From positions 265,151 through 323,108 of the forward strand of contig WELA01001161.1 in the NCBI GenBank assembly GCA_009602735.1: 57,958 bases of DNA. Reading direction: 5' to 3'. The notes beneath the pieces are model-generated. The model worked only from the letters and a program-made list of their open reading frames with translations. It ran no database searches and was not told where the DNA came from. Source of the stretch: Mesotaenium endlicherianum. Taxonomy: Eukaryota. This document shows positions 12,301 through 23,097 of the stretch, piece by piece. The stretch's first letter is position 1; every line of letters begins with the position of its first letter. A program made the position numbers and the translations under genes.

Positions 12301-14521
12301 GATGGGCAGGTCAGCCTCTGCCCCTCAGCACCACCTCATAAACCCCTCATGCATGTTTGTCTAGCTCTGCATGTACTATGCGTGGCGTAAGCCCCTTGGG
12401 GTGAAAGCTTGGGTCTGGAAGGCCTCGTTTCTGGACTTTTTCCAGGAAGTACCTTCATCCATTTCTAGACGGGCTGTGCAGGGAGGTGGGCCATGAGAAG
12501 GTTTGCAGTACGTTGACCTCTGAAGGAGCCTGGACTTCTCCAGATGGCAACGTGCTCCCATTGACTTGCTTGAACCTGATGGAAGTCAACAAGCCAGCTG
12601 GATACATGTCATGTTTGAGCAATAAATTTTGGGATCAAATTGGGAGCATCCAACCCGGAGATGATGTGCTGAAGTGCAGGAGGTAGCACTACGGAGTGTG
12701 AATTTACTATGTGCTCGGCTAACCCTTGCCATTGCATGCAACAGCTGAGCTGTATTCAGATACATCCGCTGACGTGGTAGTGCTCACGAAGGGGTCAATG
12801 CCTGGATGGCGAGCAGGAGATTCTGTTGTACGAGGAGGGCGAGCCAGTGATTGAGGGGGACCCAGGTGACTTGAAGGTGAGTGAGAGAGCAGGAGCAGAT
12901 GAACTCCGTCCTGGAAAGGCTCGCTGCGCTCATGTAGCAGCAATGGCCTGGTTGATTAGCGGTTGCTTGTAGTGCAGGCTAGTTAACCTGTGGGGCAGAA
13001 GTGTGGCTGTAAGGGTTGCGAGAAAATGGGCCAACACAGCTGGTGCAGAGCAGAGACTGCCCCTCATGTGTCTGTGACTGCATTCCTTTGTCAGTTACTG
13101 TGTTGCATTGCACGCCACATGTCAGCCCTGCTTTATGGGTGGGGCTATCCTGGGTCTTTGACAGATGACAATGGTTCAGACGATGCCAGATGCTGTTCTG
13201 GGCCCGTGGGCCAATCAGTGGAGGGGTGGGCTTGGGGGCTAGGTAGACGCAGGGAACAGTTCGTCCTGGCTAGCAGAGCACGCAGCAAAAAGTATCCGGA
13301 GAGTTGGGTCGTCACCTTATGTGTTGACTCGTATACTACAGGGACCCTACTGCAAGCTTGCCGTACAGCTGGCTGCTTTGGCATGTGTGTATGTATGTGT
13401 GCGCATATGTGTTTCTGTGCATGTGTGTATGCATGCGGTCCTGACCTTGCCGCTGTGTGGCCCTGGTGCAGTTTGTCATCCGCACCCGGCGGCACGCACA
13501 CTTCCGACGTGACGGCAGTGACCTCCACGTGGGCTACTCCATCTCCCTCGTACGTGCCCCTTCCTGCTGCTGAGCTTTATCCCCTCTAAAGATTGCGTCC
13601 TGCGAGACACCACAACTGTTTGCTCCATGCTAGCGTGTCATAGCATACTCCCTGTATAGAAATGCCTGTGCCATGAGGCCAGTTCCTGACGATAATAGTG
13701 CTATGCAGAGACAGAACAAGTCAGCTTCTGGGATGGATGATCGTCTTTTGTATTCTCTTGTTGGAGTCATTAGATGGTGCGCACTATGCGAGGTTTTTAT
13801 GCACGAGTTCCTTGTTTTCATCTGTCTTTGCGCCTGTCGGAGCTACAAGCACTTTGTGAGATGCAAGTGGCTAGCTGTTTGCTTGATCTTGAGGAATCCT
13901 GTTCTCTATATTTAAACTCTTGCTAGCTGACTTAGTTCCTGTCCCAAGCTTGACAGCCTGACGGAAGCATTTGTGATTGCTTGCCAGGTGGATGCGTTGA
14001 CTGGCTTTGAGAGAAAGTTAGTTCATCTTGATGGACGGGAGGTCGAAATTGGCACCAAGGTTGGTAATCTCACTTTTATCTTGTAGGCGGTGGTCTCATA
14101 TGCCCCCCGCTCCTGGCTCAAACCTGTATGCAGATTTTTATTTGCTACTGTTCTGCTACTATTTTGCTACTGCCCGGTTGACTTCCTGGTTACCTTCAGC
14201 TGTTTGTGCTTATGTCCTGAGCTGCTGTTCTCTTATTTTAGCTCTAGCAGGCACCTAACAGGAAGACTCGTGACACACTGTATAAGTATTTCGCGCTGGT
14301 TGGTTGAATTGAGTCAGATTTGTTGCATAAAGTTGATGTTGTCTATCTGGGTGGCATGACAGGGTGTGACGAAGCCGGGTGAAGTGAGAAAGATAAAAAA
14401 TGAGGGGATGCCCGTATATGAGAGCTCAAAGAAGGGCGACCTATTCGTTACCTTCACAGTGGAGTTTCCAGCAACGCTGTCGGAAGAACAAAAGCAGGTT
14501 ATTAGAACCCATTTTGGCTAG
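9313..14521 (+). CDS. ERDJ3B: ER-luminal DnaJ/Hsp40 co-chaperone (ERdj3B/DNAJB11-like); exons 9313-9383, 9727-9875, 10107-10242, 10822-10948, 11254-11370, 12223-12309, 12817-12876, 13472-13549, 13988-14059, 14363-14521
   Basis: Signal peptide [25 protein letters not shown]-domain KSYYDILQV...[11 protein letters not shown] region, [24 protein letters not shown]...[10 protein letters not shown], and C-terminal substrate-binding domain ...[14 protein letters not shown]. All introns GT-AG and phase-compatible. Confidence 0.93.
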
Positions 14522-15439
14522 GTTGTGCCTTCTTTCAACTTATTCATTCTTTTTAGAAATCTTAAATAAAATGTGGAAGCAGCGTGCTTCTATTTTTTGC
14601 GAAATATTATTCACAAACGATTTATGCAAGGTCCTAAAGGAAATGGTGAGGAGACTTTCCTACACACTTTTTCAATCAGTACATGTGATGGAATTTTAGC
14701 CAAAGCAACTAAAGAATGCTTTGAGTACAAATGCTCGTTGAAAGATGTCTAGTGAAGACCATGCCACCCTTGTCTCCGGTAACATAATGGTTCGCGTTGC
14801 AGGTTTTCTGACGCCCATGCAAAAGGGCCTCATGAGAAATTCTTTAACATACTCACTTAATGGACTTTAGATCCTTCAGGAAGTGTAAAGATATAGAAAG
14901 TAAGTGATTATGATAGTTTGTCGTGTAGCATGGAGTTGAGCTATCGCATGGCAACAGATTGAGATATACATTAGAGTGCGTGATTCATCTCATTAGGATG
15001 CCTGCCAGTCTGCATGGTAGAGAGGCTCAACCTTTTGGTGGCCTTTGGGATACCCCGTGCATGTGCATGGTGATTGACAGTATTTTCCTACATGCAGATA
15101 GATTAACACTGCAAGTGCGAATAGCTAAGGTTGTCCTATGCATGTCAAACTGTTTCTTAGGCGCTGAGCTTTCTATCCAGATTGATTGCAATCCAGTTTA
15201 ATGATTGATTGGTTGTTCTCACAAATTTTCATTGGAGATAACTTTGTTCTTCTGAAAATGAGCTCACACAAAAAGCAATCAAGCAACGCAAACCTCTACA
15301 AGTCTGCAACTCATTCCATCAAACTTGAATTTATTGTTATTGAATGTCAATTACAATCCGGTCCCATCTCATATAGCCAGTCCCCTCGATGGCCCCACCC
15401 AATCATGGCCACATCAGCTAAGGTCGTTCTAGTTGTCTA

Positions 15440-15942
15440 TGTAGTGAAACAGATAGATAAAGTACTTAGTAAAACAGAATACTTTATCTATTCAAGACAA
15501 GGATCTTTGAACACAAGTGGTAGCTTCTTGAAAGAGAGATGGCTTCTTGAAAGTTAATATATTTCTGGATTTTGGCAAGTACAAGAGTGATTCTCGAATG
15601 TCTTTCTATGTTCTAGCTCTTGTTTATATACTTGCTACATAAGTAATTTCTAGGAAGGTGTATGTTGATGTGTTGGCACCCAACACATCCCAAAACTTGC
15701 CACCTCTTTCTAGAATAATGTACACATGTCCTTTTGACCTAAAAATGGCACATTTGACTTTTGCCACATGGAGTTCTTCTAGGTCTTTCCTCTAACTTCG
15801 AAAATGCCTTGGAAGGTTCAAAGGACATGAACCAAGTTACTAGAGTACCTATTCACACTTGACTCCACACAATACTACTCCAAATATATTTGAAAACATT
15901 AAAATATATGCAAACTAATATATAATAACTCAAATCACTACA
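15440..15942 (-). repeat. 3' LTR
   Basis: tgtagtga...tcactaca (8-bp terminal inverted repeat); 3 substitutions versus 21617-22119 by manual comparison. Confidence 0.96.
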
Positions 15943-15952
15943 TCACCCCCCC
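15943..15952 (-). promoter_or_regulatory. Polypurine tract (plus-strand primer)
   Basis: Minus strand reads G-run then TGA immediately before the 3' LTR. Confidence 0.8.
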
Positions 15953-15979
15953 GATAGAAAAAGCGACGTCTCGGCGCGT

Positions 15980-16104
15980 CAAGTCAGGTCTTACACATGT
16001 GGAGCAAACTAGTCAACAGTTTCAAGTCAGATGCCACACATGTGAAGAGGACTAGTCAAAGGCGCCAAGTCAGGTGCTACACATGTAAGGTAGACTAGGC
16101 AAGG
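15980..16104. repeat. Three 43-bp tandem repeats in the retrotransposon 3' non-coding region
   Basis: caagtcag...cacatgt...actag.caa units start at 15980, 16023 and 16066. Confidence 0.88.
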
Positions 16105-16711
16105 TCGTAGGTGGTGTGACCTTATTGGCTAGCCTACTCCTTAATGATAAAGAAAATTGTACAAGTTGGCCCAGAATCTGCCACGAACTCAAAAATTCAT
16201 AGCGGCCACAGAACTGCTCCAAATCTGAAAATTCGAGTGCCAGACGGACCGCGTCGGAGAACTCTACCGGGTCACCAAATTTGAGAGCATTCTCATTTCT
16301 GGAGTGTCGTTGAGAGCTGAGAGAGTAGGCACTCCTCCAAATCTGTGCAGAAACTTCTGAAAATCATAAGTCCTTCTATACTTCTCCAAATTCTGCAAAC
16401 TAAGTCTCAAACTGGGCGCTGTAAGATGTTCTACCAGAGTCTTGAGTTTCAGAGCATTCCAAGTTCAGGGGAGGGCACAATGTCAGAAGGCATATTCTGC
16501 CCTAACAATGCCAGCAGCCTGACCCCCTTCTACTTAGAGCATCATATCTCTCTCACCAGTGCTCCAAATTGAGCAAACTTGGACTCTAAATGACCGGCTA
16601 CTCATGGACTACAGCCAGGTAAATTTTCAGAATTTATTATGCAGAGACCTATTACCAGTAGCAGTTTTAGTTTTCTGTCCAGAAACTGCGAGAAGAGAAG
16701 AGTGTCTAATG

Positions 16712-19700
16712 TCAATTTTTCCTCTTTCTTGTTCTTGCAGGCTGCCTCCAAGGGGTCTTCTGCTGCTTCTTGATGGTGGCAGGCTGCCTCCCTGAAGTCT
16801 TCGGGCTTCTAGTAGAGAGACTTGGGGCTGGTCCAAGATGGGGGTTGGCGGCATGGAAGCGCTTCAACTTTCTCTGAACTTTGTCAAGGTAGTGCGCCGC
16901 CACCCAACTATTCTCCGAATCTGGATATCCTTTCCACTTGATCAAGTATTGCTGCTGTCTCCTGAAATTTCTCATAGCCACTATGTCTTCCACTTCGTAC
17001 TCCAAATGATCATCCACTATTGTTGGGGCTGGTGGGGTTGTCACACGTCCTGGGAACTTGTTGTCGGGTTGCACATATGGCTTGAAGAGGGAAGCGTGGA
17101 ATACGGGGTCGATGTGCATAGTCTGGGGAAGTTCTAGCTTGAAAGCAACGGGGTTGACTTGCTGGATAATCTTGAAGGGTCCCAAATACTTGGGAGAGAA
17201 CTTGCTGCCGGCAGGCCTGTTGTTCAGGGAAATGTTCTTGGATGATAGTAACACGTTGTCACCCACTCTGTACGTAATTTCTCTTCTGGATCTGTTCGCC
17301 ACTCTTGCTTGAGCATCTTGCGCGTGTTGTAGAGCTTTCTTCGCTGCTGTAAGGGCTGCTTCTAATGTCTCCATAAAATCTGTGGCTGCAGGTACTTCAT
17401 CATGGCCAGCCGTGAAGCTCAGTGGCGTGGTCGGATGGAAGCCATAGTTGAGGAAGAATGGGGACTCTTGGGTAGAGGCCTGCGTAGTGTTGTTGTAGGC
17501 AAACTCGAGGGGGGTCAAGTACATGTCCCAGTCTTGCTCGAGGGTAGACACGTAGGCCTTTAGAGAGGTCTTTAGGGTACGATTCATACGCTCGGTTTGC
17601 CCATCTGATTGTGGGTGGTAGGCAGTAGACATATCCAGCGATGTACCCAAGTTCTTGAAGAGATTTTTCCAGAAATGGCTTGTGAATCTTGGATCTCTAT
17701 CTGACACAATTCTTGATGGTAGTCCATGGAGTCGGAAGATGTTGTCAAAGATGAGTCTTGCAAGTTGTGGTGCTGTAGCCTTAGTCGTCGTGGGAATAAA
17801 ATGAGCCATCTTGGTAAGTCTGTCCACCGCCGTGAGTATTGCATTATGGCCTCGAGGTGTCACGGGCAAGTCCACGATAAGGTCCATTGAGATGTCCGTC
17901 CATTGTCTTTCGGGGATTGGTAGTGGTTGGAGGAGTCCTCCCGCCTTTTGCGATGATGGCTTGATTCTTTGGCATGTGTCACAGCTCCTGCAGTACTCCT
18001 TGACTTGCTTAGACATGCCTGGCCAACAATAAGTCCTAGCTAGAACGCCCGTGGTCCTTAGGATTCCAAAGTGTCCTCCAAGAGGGTTGTCGTGTGCTTC
18101 TCGTAGAAGCAAGAGCCGGAGGTCTAAGTCATTAGGAACACATCTCTGGCCCGTATCTTGCCTCACCCAATAATTGCCTTCTTGCTTCTTGCATGGGTCC
18201 AAGGCTGCTTCTCCGTTCTTGTAGTAAGGGTCTCTTTCATAGGCGGCTGAAAATCGAGCTTCCAGATCTGTCTTCAGGGATACCATCACTGCATTTAATT
18301 GCAGTCTTGAGAGGGGGTCAGCCGGGTTTGTCTTGCCGGGCTGGTACTGAATCGTGATGTTGTATTGTTGCAAGTATCCGCTCCATCTTGCTTGTCTCCT
18401 TGAGAGATACGGCTGCGTTTGGAGGTGCTTTAACGCCTCGTGGTCCGTGGTGACCAGTACTTTGCGTCCTTCAACGTAGCAGCGCCAAACCTTCAAGGCA
18501 TGTACAATCGCCAATGCCTCTCGCTCCGTGGTTGTATAATTTTGCTCGGCTGGATTTAGCTTCCTTGACTCGTAGGCGATGGGCTGCAGTCCCTTGCCTT
18601 GGTCTTGAAGCAGGATTGCTCCTATTGCATAGGAAGATGCATCGGTGATGACGTGGAAGGGCCAATCTGGGTTTGGACTTGGGAGTGTGAGCACCGGGGA
18701 TGTGGTCAATCTTCGCTTTAACTCTTGAAATGCCTCTTCCTCTTTCTCGGTCCATGTATATAGCCTGTCCTTCTTGAGTAGATCTGTCAGGGGGGCTGCT
18801 ATGTGCGAGAAGCCTTGGATGAATTTTCTGTACCAATTGGCAAATCCCAAGAATGACTGGAGTTCTTTCTTGGTCGTGGGGGTTGGCCATTCCTCCACCA
18901 CCGTGGTCTTCTTGGGGTCTATCTTGATGCCATCAGCAGTCACGTGGAGACCTAGGAACTCCACTTCTTGTTTGGCAAACTCGCATTTTGACTCCTTCGC
19001 AAACAGCTTGTTTTGCTTCAATACTTCAAGGACTTCTTTCAAGTGTCTCGCATGCTCTTCAAGGGTCTTGCTGTAGATAAGGATGTCATCGATGAATACC
19101 ACCACAAATCTGTCCAACATGGGCTGAAATATGGTGTTCATCATAGTCATGAAAGTTGCTGGCGCGTTGGTGAGTCCAAATGGCAGGACCATGAACTCAA
19201 AATGTCCATATCTTGTCCTGAATGCCGTCTTCTCTATGTCCGGTTCTGCGATGCGAATCTGGTGGTAGCCGCTCCGTAAGTCAATCTTCGTGAAGTACTT
19301 GGCTCCAACCAGCCGGTCCATGAGCTCATCCATGCGCGGCAGCGGGTATCGATTCTTGATGGTGATCTTGTTGAGGGCGCGATAGTCCACACACATCCTC
19401 AAGGTACCATCTTTCTTCTTGACAAATAGCACCGGGGCTCCAAATGGCGACTTGCTAGGTCGAATGAAGCCATGCTCCAGTAGCTCCTTGATTTGCTTCT
19501 TGACTTCGTCTAGCTCCGTGTATGACATTTTGAACGTAGGCCGAGAGATGGGCTTGCTTCCGGGCTCCAACTCTATCTTGTGGTCTACGAATCTTTTGGG
19601 GGGTAGGCCCTTGGGCAATTCCGGGGAGAACACTTCTTTGTAGTCCTCTAAGACTTCTTGTATCTCCTTGGGAACGGGGCTGCCTTCTTGACTCTCGATG

Positions 19701-20320
19701 TCTTTCTTGATGTCTTTTGGCGTGATCAAGGCCAAAAGAAGCTCGTGTCCCTTCCTCACAAGTCTCTTGAGTTGGAGGGCGGACAATAGTATCTCGTGTG
19801 CCGGCTTCTGGATGTCTTGGGTCTGGATATTCTGGATTGCGCGCAAAATACAGATTCTTGAAGTGATGTCATTCTTGATCTTGATAGTACCGGTCCTCCA
19901 ATCAACTTGGGGGTTGTGCTTGGTCAACCAAGGCGTCCCTAGGATGACGTCGTACTTGCCCAATTGCATGGGGGAGAACACTACTCTATCCTTGAAGGAC
20001 TTGATAGAGAGTGCCAAGGGGTACGTCTTCTTGGAAGGGGTAGTATAGGAGAATCCATCGGGCATCATAATCTCCTCGTCGTGGTCAAGAGTTCGCATAG
20101 TAATACCGTGCTTGGTGGCAAAATCTGCAGCAATGAAGTTGCCTTGAGCTCCGCTATCCACCAAGATGTGGACCTTCTCTCCTCCAAGGTAACCTCTCAA
20201 ACTCATTGGGGCTGGAACGTCGTCTTCAACGGGGGTCTCCACCTCACTTGGCGTGTTGCCTTCTCGTGAAGTGGGTCTTGGGGTGGTAGGCTCCTGGCCT
20301 ACCGGCGCTGTCCGTTTTTT
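16712..20320 (-). CDS. pol: Pol polyprotein (protease, RT, RNase H, integrase, chromodomain); probably entered by -1 frameshift from gag (ORF open to 20377)
   Basis: LVDSGA (PR), DYRALN and FIDDILI (RT), TDAS (RH), HDNPLGGH...CDTC and D-D-E core plus GPF (IN), EYEVEDI...YLIKWKGY...NSW (chromodomain); no stops over ~1200 codons. Confidence 0.96.
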   Translation of the reverse strand, partial: KKRTAPVGQEPTTPRPTSREGNTPSEVETPVEDDVPAPMSLRGYLGGEKVHILVDSGAQGNFIAADFATKHGITMRTLDHDEEIMMPDGFSYTTPSKKTYPLALSIKSFKDRVVFSPMQLGKYDVILGTPWLTKHNPQVDWRTGTIKIKNDITSRICILRAIQNIQTQDIQKPAHEILLSALQLKRLVRKGHELLLALITPKDIKKDIESQEGSPVPKEIQEVLEDYKEVFSPELPKGLPPKRFVDHKIELEPGSKPISRPTFKMSYTELDEVKKQIKELLEHGFIRPSKSPFGAPVLFVKKKDGTLRMCVDYRALNKITIKNRYPLPRMDELMDRLVGAKYFTKIDLRSGYHQIRIAEPDIEKTAFRTRYGHFEFMVLPFGLTNAPATFMTMMNTIFQPMLDRFVVVFIDDILIYSKTLEEHARHLKEVLEVLKQNKLFAKESKCEFAKQEVEFLGLHVTADGIKIDPKKTTVVEEWPTPTTKKELQSFLGFANWYRKFIQGFSHIAAPLTDLLKKDRLYTWTEKEEEAFQELKRRLTTSPVLTLPSPNPDWPFHVITDASSYAIGAILLQDQGKGLQPIAYESRKLNPAEQNYTTTEREALAIVHALKVWRCYVEGRKVLVTTDHEALKHLQTQPYLSRRQARWSGYLQQYNITIQYQPGKTNPADPLSRLQLNAVMVSLKTDLEARFSAAYERDPYYKNGEAALDPCKKQEGNYWVRQDTGQRCVPNDLDLRLLLLREAHDNPLGGHFGILRTTGVLARTYCWPGMSKQVKEYCRSCDTCQRIKPSSQKAGGLLQPLPIPERQWTDISMDLIVDLPVTPRGHNAILTAVDRLTKMAHFIPTTTKATAPQLARLIFDNIFRLHGLPSRIVSDRDPRFTSHFWKNLFKNLGTSLDMSTAYHPQSDGQTERMNRTLKTSLKAYVSTLEQDWDMYLTPLEFAYNNTTQASTQESPFFLNYGFHPTTPLSFTAGHDEVPAATDFMETLEAALTAAKKALQHAQDAQARVANRSRREITYRVGDNVLLSSKNISLNNRPAGSKFSPKYLGPFKIIQQVNPVAFKLELPQTMHIDPVFHASLFKPYVQPDNKFPGRVTTPPAPTIVDDHLEYEVEDIVAMRNFRRQQQYLIKWKGYPDSENSWVAAHYLDKVQRKLKRFHAANPHLGPAPSLSTRSPKTSGRQPATIKKQQKTPWRQPARTRKRKN
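20285..20320 (-). promoter_or_regulatory. -1 programmed ribosomal frameshift signal
   Basis: Heptamer A_AAA_AAC in gag frame (20320-20314), 10-nt spacer, hairpin GGTAGGC-CAGGA-GCCTACC (20303-20285); pol is in the -1 frame. Confidence 0.8.
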
Positions 20321-21579
20321 GACAACTTTTTGGGGCATGAAAGTGCACGATGGCCCTTTTCCTTGCAATAAAAGCATAGTCCAGCCGTCATGAGAGCTTC
20401 TTTTTCAGCCGGGGAGAGTCTTGCTTTCACTCCTTGCTGGTTTCTTGCATCATAAGTGTCATTGGAGGGTCTTCCACTCTTCCGGGCAGCCGCGGGGTCC
20501 CTTTTAATAACTCCGATTTCCATGGGTGTGGGTCCAGATTCGGATGTGGAAGGGGCTGCGTACACCCGCGTCGTCGGTACCCGTGAAGATGAAGGCACGG
20601 AGTGCTTGAAATCCAAGGTATCCACCTTTTGGGCCACTTCAATGATCTTTGAGAAGTCCGTCAAGTCGCGTAACTCCACTTCCTTTGCCACCTTGGGTTT
20701 GAGGCCAAAGATGTAGCGGTCAATCTTCTCCTCGAGAGACATGTTGGGGATCTCAAGAGTGAGGGCGTGAAATCTGGATGTATACTCTTGAACGGACGTC
20801 GTTTGCTTGAGATGGTGGAGCTTTCCTCGGGCAATCTTCTCCGCATTGATGGGCATGAATTGCTTCTTGAGGGCCTCACGAAAATCTGCCCATCTTGCAT
20901 ATGATGGTGGGGGCTCTTGGCCGAGCATGGGGTGCGCCATAGCTTGATATATAGCCGCTTGATAGTTACGCCACCATGATGTTGCTGCTCCTCTAAGTAA
21001 GGTAACGGCAAAGGGAACGTAGTCCTCCTCGGGTACTTCAAGGAATGCGAGGTACGTCTCCACTTGGTAGAGCCATAAATTCAGGTTGGCACCTTTCCCG
21101 GGGTTGAAAGTGTCGGGTTTGCCGGGCTTGATGAGTTTCCTTGCTCTCGTTGGCTCTTGTGGAGGCGCTTGAGCCGGGGCTGGATTTTGAGCATTGCTCG
21201 CAATAGGGGCAACCATGGCAGCCATAGCTTCTCTTGACGCTTGCACGGTTGCTTCATAGGTGGCCAAGCCCACTTGGTTGTGGACGGTCATTAGGAAGGC
21301 TGCCCACTCATTTGCGGGAACTCCTTGTGGTGGGGTCAACTTTGCTATAGCGGCTGCCACGGGATTTGACGGTGCTCCTCCTTGTGGTGCTTCTTGTTGT
21401 TGGAGATTTCCTTGAGTAGGCTCTCCCATCGACGCTGGAGGAGGGTGTGCTCCTCCTTGTGGTGCTTCTTGTTGTTGCAGATTTTCTTGAGTGGGCTCTC
21501 CCATCGGCGCTGGAGGAGGGTGTCTTGGAGAGGAAGGGCTTCCTTCGAAAGCTTGCTGTTGGTCTTGAGGATCGGCCAT
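20299..21579 (-). CDS. gag: Gag (capsid plus CCHC zinc knuckle), 426 aa
   Basis: Retrotransposon gag motifs [28 protein letters not shown] and knuckle [17 protein letters not shown] shortly after the PBS. Confidence 0.94.
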   Translation of the reverse strand: MADPQDQQQAFEGSPSSPRHPPPAPMGEPTQENLQQQEAPQGGAHPPPASMGEPTQGNLQQQEAPQGGAPSNPVAAAIAKLTPPQGVPANEWAAFLMTVHNQVGLATYEATVQASREAMAAMVAPIASNAQNPAPAQAPPQEPTRARKLIKPGKPDTFNPGKGANLNLWLYQVETYLAFLEVPEEDYVPFAVTLLRGAATSWWRNYQAAIYQAMAHPMLGQEPPPSYARWADFREALKKQFMPINAEKIARGKLHHLKQTTSVQEYTSRFHALTLEIPNMSLEEKIDRYIFGLKPKVAKEVELRDLTDFSKIIEVAQKVDTLDFKHSVPSSSRVPTTRVYAAPSTSESGPTPMEIGVIKRDPAAARKSGRPSNDTYDARNQQGVKARLSPAEKEALMTAGLCFYCKEKGHRALSCPKKLSKNGQRR

Positions 21580-21603
21580 CTTCTTGTGCTACCAAAGTGC
21601 CTA

Positions 21604-21615
21604 GCTCCGATACCA
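21604..21615 (-). promoter_or_regulatory. Primer binding site for initiator tRNA-Met
   Basis: TGGTATCGGAGC, 1 nt after the 5' LTR; the canonical land-plant iMet PBS is TGGTATCAGAGC (one A>G difference). Confidence 0.88.
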
Positions 21616-21616
21616 C

Positions 21617-22119
21617 TGTAGTGAAACAGATAGATAAAGTACTTAGTAAAACAGAATACTTTATCTATTCAAGACAAGGATCTTTGAACACAAGTGGTAG
21701 CTTCTTGAAAGAGAGATGGCTTCTTGAAAGTTAATATATTTCTGGATTTTGGCAAGTACAAGAGTGATTCTGGAATGTCTTTCTATGTTCTAGCTCTTGT
21801 TTATATACTTGCTACATAAGTAATTTCTAGGAAGGTGTATGTTGATGTGTTGGCACCCAACACATCCCAAAACTTGCCACCTCTTTCTAGAATAATGTAC
21901 ACATGTCCTTTTGACCTAAAAATGGCACATCTGACTTTTGCCACATGGAGTTCTTCTAGGTCTTTCCTCTAACTTCGAAAATGCCTTGGAAGGTTCAAAG
22001 GACATGAACCAAGTTACTAGAGTACCTATTCACACTTGACTCCACACAATACTACTCCAAATATATTTGAAAACATTAAAATATATGCGAACTAATATAT
22101 AATAACTCAAATCACTACA
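21617..22119 (-). repeat. 5' LTR (TATA-like TATATAAA on the minus strand at ~21800-21807)
   Basis: Near-identical to 15440-15942 and adjacent to the PBS. Confidence 0.96.
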
Positions 22120-22152
22120 TCTACCTAATTTTGTAGAAAGGAATATTCTATT

Positions 22153-23088
22153 TGGGTAATTTCAAAACTAGCACTCAAAGTTTCGTTTATTGCACAATCT
22201 AGCACTTATGTTTATTACAAAACTGGCACTCGCACATGTAAGGCGAGTCCACGTAGGCGTTACACAATCAAATGACGTGCCACACGAACTCGCATGCGAC
22301 CTTACGTGACACACCGCTTCACACCACTTCTCTCTTTCGGTTCCAAAATTCTCCACAACCACTTTTCTAAAGCTGACCCAAACTGCCCCAACTTCGATCT
22401 TGAAGTTTTGCCTGAGCTCAGCCGCGTCTGCCTTACTTATCTCGGCCTGCCCGCTCTCGTACTCGCTAAAGAATTTTGCATGTAATAGAGCTAGTTCGAT
22501 CGCTGTGAGTAGCAGCTAGTACTGGCATAATTGAGGTGCTCACGATTGAGCTGCTCGCCACCCCATGGGAGCTTGCGAGGGCCTCCCTGACTCCCCTCCT
22601 TTCTCTCGACCATTGTTCGCAAATTTGCGAACACACTAGCGTCTCTATTTTGTACTTTACTGTGATGCGCTAACAAGCGTTGTTGTATGCCTGTTGTTGT
22701 TGTATTCCTGACATATTATGTCGTGCCTAGCTATGCATGCTAATTTACCGCCTTGCTTTTTCTACGCCCTAAGTGTAACAGCTTACGTTTCCGTCCTACT
22801 GCCAAGGTATGAATAATACCTATGGACCAATTTTTGGGCGTCCTTGGGCAGTTTGGTTCGAGAAGGTGGGTAAGTTAGAAAAGTGGTGGTGGAAGATTTT
22901 GGAAACGAAAGAGAGGAGTGGTATGTCAGGTAGGTTCGCGTGCGAATTTTGTGTGGCAAGTCATTTGATCGTGTAAAGCCTATGTGGACTCGCCTTACAT
23001 GTGCGAGAGCCAGTTCTGTAACAACAAAACTTCGAGTGCTAGATTGTGCAATAAATGAAACTTTGAGTACTAGTTTTGTAATTACCCC
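22153..23088. mobile_element. Non-autonomous Mutator-like (MULE) DNA element with ~240-bp imperfect TIRs
   Basis: Left tgggtaatttcaaaactagcactcaaagtttcgtttattgcacaatctagcact matches the reverse complement of the right end ggggtaattacaaaactagtactcaaagtttcatttattgcacaatctagcact; 9-bp TSD tattctatt (22144-22152) / tattctact (23089-23097); no transposase ORF. Confidence 0.88.
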
Positions 23089-23097
23089 TATTCTACT

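Larger units (their letters stand above)
15440..22119 (-). mobile_element. Full-length Ty3/gypsy LTR retrotransposon, chromovirus (~6.7 kb)
   Basis: Two 503-bp LTRs with TG...CA ends, TSD tcta (15436-15439 and 22120-22123), PBS, PPT, uninterrupted gag and pol with PR-RT-RH-IN-chromodomain order. Confidence 0.97.

Noticed and set aside
15980..16104. Regularly spaced repeats as a CRISPR-like array
   Set aside because: Whole units are similar with no unique spacers, they sit inside a eukaryotic retrotransposon, and there are no cas genes.
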